This document shows positions 35,639 to 44,280 of a DNA stretch of 64,000 bases, one piece after another. Position 1 is the first letter of the stretch. Each line of letters opens with the position of its first letter. Position numbers and translations under genes: made by a program. The DNA comes from an uncultured Chloroflexia bacterium (GTDB taxonomy: Bacteria > Chloroflexota > Chloroflexia > Thermomicrobiales > UBA6265), in NCBI GenBank assembly GCA_963724295.1, contig CAVRUC010000010.1, positions 90,304 through 154,303 of the forward strand, given 5' to 3'. The notes beneath the pieces were generated by a model. It was not told where the DNA came from and did not search any database. It saw nothing but the letters and a program-made list of their open reading frames with translations.

Positions 35639-35816
35639 GCAAGGAAGCCCGAAACGAGGAGAATCTGCGCCGTTGCCCGCATTTCCAGGGATATGGTAGG
35701 CTTTCTGGTCGCGCGAGTGCTGTCCAGGCCCGAATCTCTGGGCTCCCATATTGGGCCTCGGCTCGCGTCGTGAGCGAAGCATAGTTCAGGGACACCAGAG
35801 CGGAAGGATTCTCGAC

Positions 35817-36002
35817 GTGGCCGGCAAGTGTGAGGTGTGTGGTAAGACGACGAAGTTTGGCCACAATGTGAGCTTCTCCAAGCGGCGGACGAACCGCATG
35901 TTCAAACCGAATATTCAGTCCAGAGTACTGGTCATCGACGGCGTGGCGAAGCGGAGGAGCGTCTGCACGGGGTGCCTGCGGACGATGGTCAAGACCTCCT
36001 GA
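35817..36002 (+). CDS. rpmB: 50S ribosomal protein L28
   Basis: [36 protein letters not shown] start at 35817. Confidence 0.9.
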   Translation: MAGKCEVCGKTTKFGHNVSFSKRRTNRMFKPNIQSRVLVIDGVAKRRSVCTGCLRTMVKTS

Positions 36003-36032
36003 GACCACGTCCCGCCGTGCATGCGGAAATCA

Positions 36033-36063
36033 AAGCCCCCGGGTCGTAATCACCCGGGGGCTT
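36033..36063 (+). terminator. hairpin AAGCCCCCGGGT-CGTAATC-ACCCGGGGGCTT downstream of rpmB
   Basis: 12-bp perfect stem read directly from the sequence. The tail is weak (CCTTG). Confidence 0.55.
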
Positions 36064-36094
36064 CCTTGACCTCGGATTCGGGATCCCGCGTTCC

Positions 36095-37408
36095 ATGTCT
36101 GTCACACGTCGAGCGGAGCTCATGCGTCAGTCCAGGCAAAGGAGACAGCGCATGACACCGCGACGGAGCCGGCCCGAGCGCAGCACCCCCGTCGTCCTTC
36201 CCGCTCGACCCGGCGATGAGACCGAAACGGTCGTCGAGCGGATAGTCCCAGGTGGCTTCGGGCTCGGCTTCGGCGGTGGCCGCACCCTCTTCGTTTCACG
36301 CGCCGCGCCGGGCGATCGGTTGCGGGTCCGCGTCGACCGCGAGCACGGGCGCGTCGCGCACGCCTCGATCGTCGATGTCCTCGAACCCGGTCCTGACCGC
36401 GTTGAGGAGCCGTATCCCCTCCTCTCCCGTTGCGGCGCGGATTTTCAGCATCTGCGGTATGACGCCCAGCTGGCCGCCAAGAGCGGCATGATCGGCGATA
36501 GCCTGCGTCGTATCGGCGGGATCGATCTGGCTGATCCGGTTCCGGTCGCGCCATCACCTGTGGTCTGGGGGTACCGCGCCCGGGCTGAATGGCGACACGA
36601 TCCAAATCAACCGGCCCTCGGCTACTTCGATGCGGGGACGCGCCGGGTTGTCGATCTCGCGGAGGACCCGTTCGTCGTCCCCGCGCTTGCCGATCGGTAT
36701 GAGCAATTGCGCGAGAAGCTGATGGCCGGACGGCTGCCGGAGTGGGCCACCGAGCTACGGGCGGCGGCCGGCGACGATGGCATCTCGTTCGCGCCGCCAT
36801 TGGAGCTCCCGCAGCCGCTGCCGGTCCACGCGACGGTCGCCGGAGAGCGATACGAGTACGACGCCGACTGCTTCTTTCAGGTCAATCCATTCGTGCTCGA
36901 CGATCTGATGGCGGAGGCGCTCCGCCACACCCCTGAGATCGGGGCGGCGCCGTCACCGGCATCTCGTCTGGCCATTGACCTCTACTGCGGGGTCGGGTTG
37001 TTCACCGTTCCGCTCGCGCGCCGCTTCAGCCAGGTCATCGGGGTCGAAGGCCAGCCGCGCGCCGCCGAGTTTGCGTCACGCAACGTTGCCGCTGCCGGTC
37101 TCACGCACGCGCGCATTCGCACTGAGTCGGTAGAGCGTTGGCTGGAAGGCGCCTATCGTAGCCATGGACGGACACCGTTCGTGCTGCTTGACCCACCGCG
37201 CACCGGGCTGCCAGCGCATGGCCTTCGCGTGCTGCCGCGCCTGCGGGCATCGCGCGTGACCTACGTCGCATGCGATCCGTCGACGCTGGCGCGCGATCTG
37301 AAGGGCCTCCTCGCGTCAGGCTACGAACTGACCTCGGTCACCGGCTTCGACATGTTTCCGCAAACGCATCACGTCGAGATCGTGGCGCACTTGCGGAGGA
37401 CGAGCTGA
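36095..37408 (+). CDS. TRAM-domain class I SAM-dependent RNA (uracil-5) methyltransferase, RlmD/TrmA family
   Basis: DLYCGVGLF SAM motif and YVACDPSTLARDL catalytic region. Start is uncertain. Confidence 0.8.
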   Translation: MSVTRRAELMRQSRQRRQRMTPRRSRPERSTPVVLPARPGDETETVVERIVPGGFGLGFGGGRTLFVSRAAPGDRLRVRVDREHGRVAHASIVDVLEPGPDRVEEPYPLLSRCGADFQHLRYDAQLAAKSGMIGDSLRRIGGIDLADPVPVAPSPVVWGYRARAEWRHDPNQPALGYFDAGTRRVVDLAEDPFVVPALADRYEQLREKLMAGRLPEWATELRAAAGDDGISFAPPLELPQPLPVHATVAGERYEYDADCFFQVNPFVLDDLMAEALRHTPEIGAAPSPASRLAIDLYCGVGLFTVPLARRFSQVIGVEGQPRAAEFASRNVAAAGLTHARIRTESVERWLEGAYRSHGRTPFVLLDPPRTGLPAHGLRVLPRLRASRVTYVACDPSTLARDLKGLLASGYELTSVTGFDMFPQTHHVEIVAHLRRTS

Positions 37409-37415
37409 GACGGGC

Positions 37416-37493
37416 AGTCGGTAAGTCGGTAAGAACGAATATAGTCCGATACCCGATGGCCTACGTCCGACTTCCGACCCCCGACCTCCGACT
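37416..37493. repeat. forward AGTCGGTA x2 (37416-37431) and inverted TCCGACY x4 (37465-37493) arrays between convergent genes
   Basis: Read directly from the sequence. The arrays fill nearly the whole 91-nt gap between stop codons at 37408 and 37500. Confidence 0.9.
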
Positions 37494-37499
37494 CCAACC

Positions 37500-37898
37500 T
37501 CACGCCCAGGGATCGTCGCCCTCCGGCAACCGCCCGCCGAAGCGCCCTGATTCACCACGATCGGCCTCGGCCAGGCCGACGAGGGTGTCGAGGAACGGTT
37601 CCAGACCGGTATCCGGCTGGTGGAACCGGAAGCGGCCGAGCTCGTAGAGCACGCGTTGGTCGGGAAGGAACTCCTCACCCTGTCCCGCCAGTCGTTGCAA
37701 GTCGAGCAGCCGGGGGTCGTCGGCGGGAAGCGTCAACACATGAGCGGCAAGCTCCTCGAGCGCGGCCGCGGTGCGGAGATTCCGCTCATCGCGGTCGTAC
37801 TCTTCCGCCTTGCGCCGGCGCCAGGCAGCGGTCGAGCGGCAGAACTCCGCCAGCGAGAGCTGGAACCGGGACGGACCCGAGTCCATGCTACGTGTCAT
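37500..37898 (-). CDS. hypothetical protein (132 aa)
   Basis: Start is placed at MTRSMDSG. Composition is protein-like. It overlaps the upstream small gene by 11 nt. No motif recognised. Confidence 0.45.
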   Translation of the reverse strand: MTRSMDSGPSRFQLSLAEFCRSTAAWRRRKAEEYDRDERNLRTAAALEELAAHVLTLPADDPRLLDLQRLAGQGEEFLPDQRVLYELGRFRFHQPDTGLEPFLDTLVGLAEADRGESGRFGGRLPEGDDPWA

Positions 37899-38112
37899 TC
37901 CCGGTGAATACCCCGCGGTCGAGCAGATACCGGGCGATGTAGGCGTTATTGGCGTCCAGCAGTTTGATCGCATAGGAGGAGGCTGCCCGCGCCGCGGCAA
38001 ACCCGGCCGATTCGAGCTCCTCCTCAACGGTCGTCCCGCGTGCCGCGGCGGCTTCGGCGGCTTCCTCGGTCAGGAGCACCTCGAGATAGGCGTGCATCTC
38101 TTCCGCCGTCAT
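37888..38112 (-). CDS. hypothetical small acidic protein (74 aa)
   Basis: Start is placed at MTAEEMHAY. The longer ORF would run into the ferredoxin gene on the other strand. Confidence 0.4.
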   Translation of the reverse strand: MTAEEMHAYLEVLLTEEAAEAAAARGTTVEEELESAGFAAARAASSYAIKLLDANNAYIARYLLDRGVFTGNDT

Positions 38113-38353
38113 CCCGATCGTGTCACGCGCCCCCGTTGCTGCCTCTCCCACGATGACCTCCCGCCTCGCCAAGCGTCCGTGCCGGGCGATGGTAGCACCC
38201 GACCGCGCCGCGTTTGTGCCACGGGTCCAAGGGGCGCTTGCTATACTCGCGACGCCCGCGAGTTCGTCGACGACGAGCGCATGTGCGGTCCGCAGCGGGT
38301 CCGTAGCGCACCCACTCTCACGACCCGGAAAATCGGGTGAGGAGCGATGTGCC

Positions 38354-38599
38354 GTGGCGTATGTGATCGCCCAGCCATGCATCGGCGTCAAGGACAATAG
38401 CTGTGTCGAGGTCTGTCCTGTCGACTGCATCCATTCGACGGACGACGCCGATCAGTACTTCATCAACCCGGACGAGTGCATCGACTGCGGTGTCTGCGCC
38501 GAGGTCTGCCCGGTCGAGGCCATCTTCTTCGAGGATGACCTGCCCGAGCAGTGGGCATCATTCACGCTTGTCAACGCCGAGTTCTTCAAGAACCGCTAG
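38354..38599 (+). CDS. ferredoxin (7Fe-type, [3Fe-4S][4Fe-4S] pattern)
   Basis: AYVIAQPCIGVKDNSCVEVCP and CIDCGVCAEVCP cluster motifs. GTG start at 38354 follows a GGAG. Confidence 0.85.
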   Translation: MAYVIAQPCIGVKDNSCVEVCPVDCIHSTDDADQYFINPDECIDCGVCAEVCPVEAIFFEDDLPEQWASFTLVNAEFFKNR

Positions 38600-38725
38600 C
38601 GAATTCACTTCGAAACGTCGCGCCCTGGGATTGCGATTGCGGTCCACGCGAATTTGCTCCTCCAGGGAGCGCGATCCCGAGAATAGTGGGACTCCGGACC
38701 GGAGACCTTCTGTCTCGCCCGTAGA

Positions 38726-39574
38726 ATGCGGGACCGTGCCACTCGCGCTACGCCTGAGAGTCGGGAGACGGGCATAGACGGGCCGCGATTGAGCGACGTC
38801 GCGCGCCAATTCGCCAATGTCTTCGCGGCGATCTTCCAGGTCTATGCGTCGTACACCGTCGGATCCTCTGTTGGCGCCATCGCCCAGGAATACCGCTCCT
38901 CGATCCTCCCCGCCACGTACGCCTTCGCCATCTGGGGACCGATCTTCATCCTCTGCGGAATCTACGCGGTGTACCAGGCGCTTCCCGCACAGCGGGAGAA
39001 CCCGATTTTCCGCGCGATCGGCTGGTGGACGGCGGGCGCATTTCTTGCCAATGGCGCATGGAGCTACGCGTACACCAGCCGTCAATTCCTGCTGGCCCAG
39101 GCGATCATCGTTGCCGGCGTGGTCCTGGCCGGGGGCGCGTATTTCCACGTTGTGGGCGGGGTGCCCGCCGCCCGCCTGACACATATCGACAATTGGCTCG
39201 TCGGGCCTACACTCGGACTGCTGTTTGGGTGGCTTACCGCCGCCAGTGCCGTCGGTCTGGCGGGGACGCTCATCGCCAGGGGTTTTGCCGCGAGCGGTCA
39301 GGGTGCGGAAATCCGGGACGCGGCTCTCCTGCTCCTGAGCGGTGCGGTGGCCTTCCTTGTCATCCGTGCGTCCCGGCAGGGACCGTACGGCGCCTGGGTG
39401 TCCTTTAGCGCGGCAGTGCTCTGGGCTCTTGTGGCCATCATCGTCGAGCAGCGGTCGACCTCGATCATCACGACCGCAACGGCGGTCGTCATCGCGGTCA
39501 TCGTGCTGTTCGCGGCATTCGGAGCCCGGGGAACGCCTACCCGGCCGCCTGGGCGGTCCGCGCCAGCAGTCTAG
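38726..39574 (+). CDS. integral membrane protein, function unknown (weak TspO/MBR-like Trp-rich segments)
   Basis: Seven to eight hydrophobic segments. Start is uncertain. Confidence 0.55.
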   Translation: MRDRATRATPESRETGIDGPRLSDVARQFANVFAAIFQVYASYTVGSSVGAIAQEYRSSILPATYAFAIWGPIFILCGIYAVYQALPAQRENPIFRAIGWWTAGAFLANGAWSYAYTSRQFLLAQAIIVAGVVLAGGAYFHVVGGVPAARLTHIDNWLVGPTLGLLFGWLTAASAVGLAGTLIARGFAASGQGAEIRDAALLLLSGAVAFLVIRASRQGPYGAWVSFSAAVLWALVAIIVEQRSTSIITTATAVVIAVIVLFAAFGARGTPTRPPGRSAPAV

Positions 39575-41835
39575 AGCTCGTCCACGGGCATGGTTGCCCG
39601 CCAGATTTCCTCGCCGGATACCCAGTAGACGGTCCCGTTCAGCTCGTCAATCGCCAGGTCTTCCGCACTGGCGAGCGTCACCGCCGCGGCATGGCCCACC
39701 AGATCACCCGGCAACGGCGCCGGCGTGAGATATTGCCGGGCTTCGCCCGAGGCATCAATCCGGACGATGCGGCCCGCGTTCTCCCCAATCGTCCCGTTGC
39801 GATCCACGATGTAGAAGTCATTGGCAAACGGGGCATCCGCCAGAAATGCCACATCGCCCAGGGAAGGCACGACGAAGGGGGAGACCGTGCCCGCGAGTGC
39901 TCCCCGCGAGAAGGTCAGCATCCGGCCATCGTCGAGGAGCACGTGAATCCGCCCGTCGATGGCGAAGTCGCGGGCATTCTCCAGATCGGGAACGTCCTCG
40001 ACAGCCGCCCAGACGTCCACCCGCGAGCCATTGGCCGCTTGATCGAAGCGGATGAGGTTTCCGTCCCGGGAAAGACCATAGGCTGCGTCACCCCAGGTGA
40101 TCACCGGCGCATCGGGCCGCAGTTCGTCGCCCTCGGTCATCGCGAGCGGCCGGCGCTGCCATCGACCTAGTTCGTCGCGCATATAGGTCGCGGCGCCGTC
40201 GGAGGCGACGACCTGGCCGCCGTCGATGGAGACATGGCGGATATCGCCGGCGGATCCGCCGCCGACGGCATCTCCATGCGCCAACAGGGTAACGAGTCGT
40301 CCCTCTTCCGAATCGAGCTCGTAGAGATTCCCCGCCGCGAGGTACAGCGTCTCGCCCGCGAGGGCCAGCCGCACCGACCCTTCGCGGGCTTCAGCCGGCA
40401 GTGCGCCCACCCGCTCGACGTCGCCCAGGCGCAGGAGGCGCCACACGTCGTCGCGCATGCTTGCCAGTTCCTGCTCCCGGCGCACCAGATCATCGCCAGC
40501 CGCACCCGCGTCGCGCGCCGCACTGACGGCGACTTCAGCCTCGGCAATCGATGTCATCGCCGTGCCGGGGTTATCCCGCGCCCACATCAAGGCCGTGTCG
40601 ACTGCCACCAGCGCGGCGCCGGCTCGCGCCTCACGCTCCCGCTGTTGCTCGAGTGCGACACCCGTGCCGCCAATAGCAACGAACAGAAACAACGTGACCG
40701 CGAGGAGTCGCGCGGGGACGTGAATGCCGGGCCCCCGGGGCAAATTCGCTCGCCACTCGGCCGGCAACCCGGACGATTCGCGATACCGGCGAACGCTCAT
40801 CGCTCCGGGCGCGGCCAGTGCCGTTCGACGCGCGACAGAGGCGGTTGCACGCTGCTGGCGGCTTCCCGAGAATAGCTCGGCCAGGTCGATGACCCAGTCA
40901 CGTAGCCCTTCGAACATCGGTGGCCGCTCTTCGAAAGCCGGCGGCATCACCGCTGGTCTTTCGGCGCTTGCGGCGGCCGCGATGACGGTGTCGGTCTGGG
41001 CCAGCGTAGACAGCTGCGCGGCACTCCCTGCCGCGGAAGATGACGTCGCCCTCGTCGCTCCGCGAGCAAATCGCGGCTGCAAGCGCGGGCGCAGGCGCGA
41101 GCGGCCCGGCAGTCGGGAGATGGAGGCCACGATGGCAAATGCGTCGGCCACGTCGTGCGCTGTCAGGAGGCGTTCCAGGCGATCGGCCGAGCCTTCGAGA
41201 TCTCGAGTCAGGAGCTCCCCGCCAAAGAGGTCGACGACGGCCTGCTCGTCACGAGCCAACGCTCGCCCCAGACTCGTGGCACAGAGCACGATGAGGTCAC
41301 CGGGCGCCGCCTCGGAATGGTAGAGCCGCGGTGTTGGCTCGTCGCCAAACCCGAGCGGATGCGATTCGGAGACTGACGCATCGGGTGCGTAGTCGCCTCG
41401 CCACGAGGCAACGTCGGGGAAGGCATAGACCTGGCCATCTTGAACGAGGATCGCCTGCGATGGCGACGCTTGAGCGACGACAACCTCCCGGCCAGCCAGC
41501 GCAACCGCGGTTGCACCGACGTAAATACGACGCTCCCAGCGCCCGGTCGCAAGCGGGCGATTCTGGGCCATGACCGCCGCGTTGGCCGCGGCGAAGGCTG
41601 CGGCGAGCGCTTCAGCAGCAGTTCCCGCTGTCGCGGCAAAGGTCTCGCGGATCGCACGCAGGGCAACCGCGGCGAGCTCCATGCCGCGCGGCGACAATTC
41701 GATCGGCTCGACACAGGCAAGCAGAACCCGGCCAAACCGATCTGGAACCGGGGCGACAGAGGCGACCCCGGCGGTGTCTGCCGCCGATCCATCAGACAGT
41801 GCGAAACCGACCGCGGTCACGCTGGCGCGGCCCAT
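39571..41835 (-). CDS. membrane-anchored protein: degenerate PP2C/SpoIIE-like N-domain, one TM, coiled coil, C-terminal beta-propeller-like repeats
   Basis: Domain order is inferred from sequence character (..GDLIVLCATSLGRAL.., TM LLAVTLFLFVAIGG, repeated G-D/hydrophobic strands). No confident family assignment. Confidence 0.55.
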   Translation of the reverse strand: MGRASVTAVGFALSDGSAADTAGVASVAPVPDRFGRVLLACVEPIELSPRGMELAAVALRAIRETFAATAGTAAEALAAAFAAANAAVMAQNRPLATGRWERRIYVGATAVALAGREVVVAQASPSQAILVQDGQVYAFPDVASWRGDYAPDASVSESHPLGFGDEPTPRLYHSEAAPGDLIVLCATSLGRALARDEQAVVDLFGGELLTRDLEGSADRLERLLTAHDVADAFAIVASISRLPGRSRLRPRLQPRFARGATRATSSSAAGSAAQLSTLAQTDTVIAAAASAERPAVMPPAFEERPPMFEGLRDWVIDLAELFSGSRQQRATASVARRTALAAPGAMSVRRYRESSGLPAEWRANLPRGPGIHVPARLLAVTLFLFVAIGGTGVALEQQREREARAGAALVAVDTALMWARDNPGTAMTSIAEAEVAVSAARDAGAAGDDLVRREQELASMRDDVWRLLRLGDVERVGALPAEAREGSVRLALAGETLYLAAGNLYELDSEEGRLVTLLAHGDAVGGGSAGDIRHVSIDGGQVVASDGAATYMRDELGRWQRRPLAMTEGDELRPDAPVITWGDAAYGLSRDGNLIRFDQAANGSRVDVWAAVEDVPDLENARDFAIDGRIHVLLDDGRMLTFSRGALAGTVSPFVVPSLGDVAFLADAPFANDFYIVDRNGTIGENAGRIVRIDASGEARQYLTPAPLPGDLVGHAAAVTLASAEDLAIDELNGTVYWVSGEEIWRATMPVDEL

Positions 41836-41989
41836 TGGCCTTCACCTCCCCGGCCACAACCGGGGCGACGGACTATGCGGCGAAGCGATGACCGGAAGGG
41901 GGCATCCGGGATCCTCGCGCGCGGAGTTGGGACGGTGCTGTCGGGTGCCACCGAGTGTAGCAGCAGCTTGTACGTACGTCTATGGTTGG

Positions 41990-42037
41990 AGTCGGTAAGT
42001 CGGTGAGTCGGTGAGTCGGTGAGTCGGTAAGTCGGAT
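41990..42037. repeat. (AGTCGGTR) x6 perfect-register octamer array
   Basis: Read directly from the sequence. It is intergenic, between the TPR gene stop and the downstream gene start. Confidence 0.95.
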
Positions 42038-42102
42038 GCGCGGCGGTTCTAGCTCCCCTCGCATGGAGTTAGGAAAGCGAGTCTGGAGCGGGACAGTCTT
42101 CG

Positions 42103-44280
42103 CTAGAGCGGAGGGAGGGTCGTCTCCCGGAACACCGCGTCGCCGGAGCTCTCTGACCCGCTTTCGGTTGGGGGCGGCTCCGCCTCGGTCACCTCGGTGC
42201 CTGGTTCGACGCGAGGTTCCCGCTGGCCCACTGCCTCGCGGCGATGGGAAGGGCTGACGGTGGCTGGCCGGGACGGCTCCAGTGGACCGATTCCGGCCAG
42301 CAGGTCGTCGGCCCGTCGCGCCAGACTCGCCCCCCGGGCGCCCATGCGGCGAGCGGCGGCGCTGGCTTCGTGGAGCATCTGGCTTCCTTCGACCCGGGCT
42401 CCCTGACTGATCAGCATCTGGCCGAGACCGAGGGCGGCCTGCGCTTCACCGGCTGGATCGCTCCCGGCTCGCGCCTGGTTCAGCGCGCGGCGATACGTCA
42501 CCGCGGCGGCAGGATCCTTGAGCGCGGCCTGCGCACCCGCCAGAGCGGAGAGTGCCTGTGCCTGAACCGCGGGCTGCCCCATGGTCTCAGCCAGCGCGAC
42601 ACCCCTCGTGAAGTGGTCCAGCGCGGCTGTCGTGTCGCCCCGGCTCATCGCCAGTCGACCCAACCGGATACGCAATCGCGTCTCGGTGAGACGATCGTTT
42701 CCCATCGCGGCCAGTTGCAGCGCTTGTTCGCCAAAAGCGATCGCGGCTGGAAGCTGACCGGTCTCCGCGGCCAGCGCCGACAGGAGATTGAGCAAATCGA
42801 TCTGCTCTTCAGTTTGGCCGAGGCGCCGGTTGAGCCCGTAGGCGTGCGTGTAGCACTCCTTGGCGCGGGCTGTCTGCCCGCCTCCAGCGTACATCCGCCC
42901 CAGCTGCGTCAGGATGTTCGCCTGCAACCCGAAATCTTCCACGCGCTGCGCCGCGGCCAGCGCATCGGAGAGGGCGCGCATCGCCTCTTGCGGTTGCTCG
43001 AATCGCCACAAGACCTGGCCAAGGGTTGCCAGCCAGCGTGCCTCGTGACGGCGATCACGCGCCGCCCGGGCCAGATCGAGCGCACGCATCAGATGTTCGA
43101 GGCTCTCCGAACGGCGCCCGGCCCGGGCGTAGGCCATTCCGATCCCGCCCAGTGTCCGCTGTTCGAGCGAGACATCGCCCGCGGCGGTGGCCAGCTCCAG
43201 CCCGCGGCCGAAGGCATCCAGCGCGGCGGGAACGTCATCCAGATCGAGCAGCGAGGTTCCCATGCGAATCGCCCATTCGGCCGCCGCGGCCCGGTTGCCG
43301 CGCCGGTCCTCGAGCGTGGCCAGATCTCGCTCGTGCCCGGCCGCGGCCGCGATCCGGCCCCGGGAGTGCTCGATCTCCGCCAGCGTAGTGAGGCAGCGGC
43401 CCTCCATCGCCAGGTCGCCGATCTGGCGACTGACCGTCAGACCCTCCTCGAGTTGGGTAACCGCTTCCGGGATCTTGCCGTTGCGGCGCAGAGTCTCGGC
43501 CAGACTGATCACGATCCGGCTTTGCAGACCGAGATCGGCCGTGCGACGCGCGGCTTCTGACGCCTGCCGTTGCAATGCGGCCATCGTCTCGAGATCGGTG
43601 TTGCGAGGCAGCATCTCGATCTGCCGCACGAGCGCTTCCGCGATACCGTGCTGGTAGTCGAGTCGTTGCGCGCCGCGGCCGGCGCGGCGGAAGAGCGCCT
43701 GGGCCTCGGTGCGCTCTCCCTCCTTGCGCAGGAGATCGCCGAGGGCGAGCGCGGCATTGACCTCGGCGATGTCATCGTCTTCCTCATCGCCAAGCTCGAG
43801 CTGTTGCCGCAGCAAGGCGCGCGCGCGCTCCGTATCGCCCGCGTCGAGCGCGCGCAGACCGAGCCGGCTCAGCGCGGCGCGACCACCCTCGACGTATCCC
43901 GCCCGCTGCGCGACCGCGTAGGCGTCCCGCAGCAGTCGCTCACGTTCATGGCTGGGATCGTCACCGGGAAGAAGGGTATCGAGTCGCAGCGCGGCATCGA
44001 CGATCTGGTCATCGAAGCCCTTGGCGCGCGCCGCGGCATAGGTCAGTCGCGCCAGCACGACGGCATACTCGCGGTCCTCATCGGCCTGCTCTTCGATCAC
44101 CAGATCGAGTCCTTCGAAATCCTCAGCCGAGAGGCGATCGAGCACGGCGGGATCCCGGATCTCCGCCAGACCACCCTGAACCGATCGCTGGCGGTCAGTG
44201 ACCTCCCGCGCGATGAGGAGCACCGTGTCGCCCGCGCTGTCCCGGCGCCGAAATCCCAGCCAGTCTCGCAATGACGTCAC
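42103..44280 (-). CDS. tetratricopeptide repeat protein
   Basis: Numerous TPR-like A/L/G-rich helical repeats. The GTG start overlaps the upstream gene stop in a GTGA arrangement. Confidence 0.8.
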   Translation of the reverse strand: MTSLRDWLGFRRRDSAGDTVLLIAREVTDRQRSVQGGLAEIRDPAVLDRLSAEDFEGLDLVIEEQADEDREYAVVLARLTYAAARAKGFDDQIVDAALRLDTLLPGDDPSHERERLLRDAYAVAQRAGYVEGGRAALSRLGLRALDAGDTERARALLRQQLELGDEEDDDIAEVNAALALGDLLRKEGERTEAQALFRRAGRGAQRLDYQHGIAEALVRQIEMLPRNTDLETMAALQRQASEAARRTADLGLQSRIVISLAETLRRNGKIPEAVTQLEEGLTVSRQIGDLAMEGRCLTTLAEIEHSRGRIAAAAGHERDLATLEDRRGNRAAAAEWAIRMGTSLLDLDDVPAALDAFGRGLELATAAGDVSLEQRTLGGIGMAYARAGRRSESLEHLMRALDLARAARDRRHEARWLATLGQVLWRFEQPQEAMRALSDALAAAQRVEDFGLQANILTQLGRMYAGGGQTARAKECYTHAYGLNRRLGQTEEQIDLLNLLSALAAETGQLPAAIAFGEQALQLAAMGNDRLTETRLRIRLGRLAMSRGDTTAALDHFTRGVALAETMGQPAVQAQALSALAGAQAALKDPAAAVTYRRALNQARAGSDPAGEAQAALGLGQMLISQGARVEGSQMLHEASAAARRMGARGASLARRADDLLAGIGPLEPSRPATVSPSHRREAVGQREPRVEPGTEVTEAEPPPTESGSESSGDAVFRETTLPPL

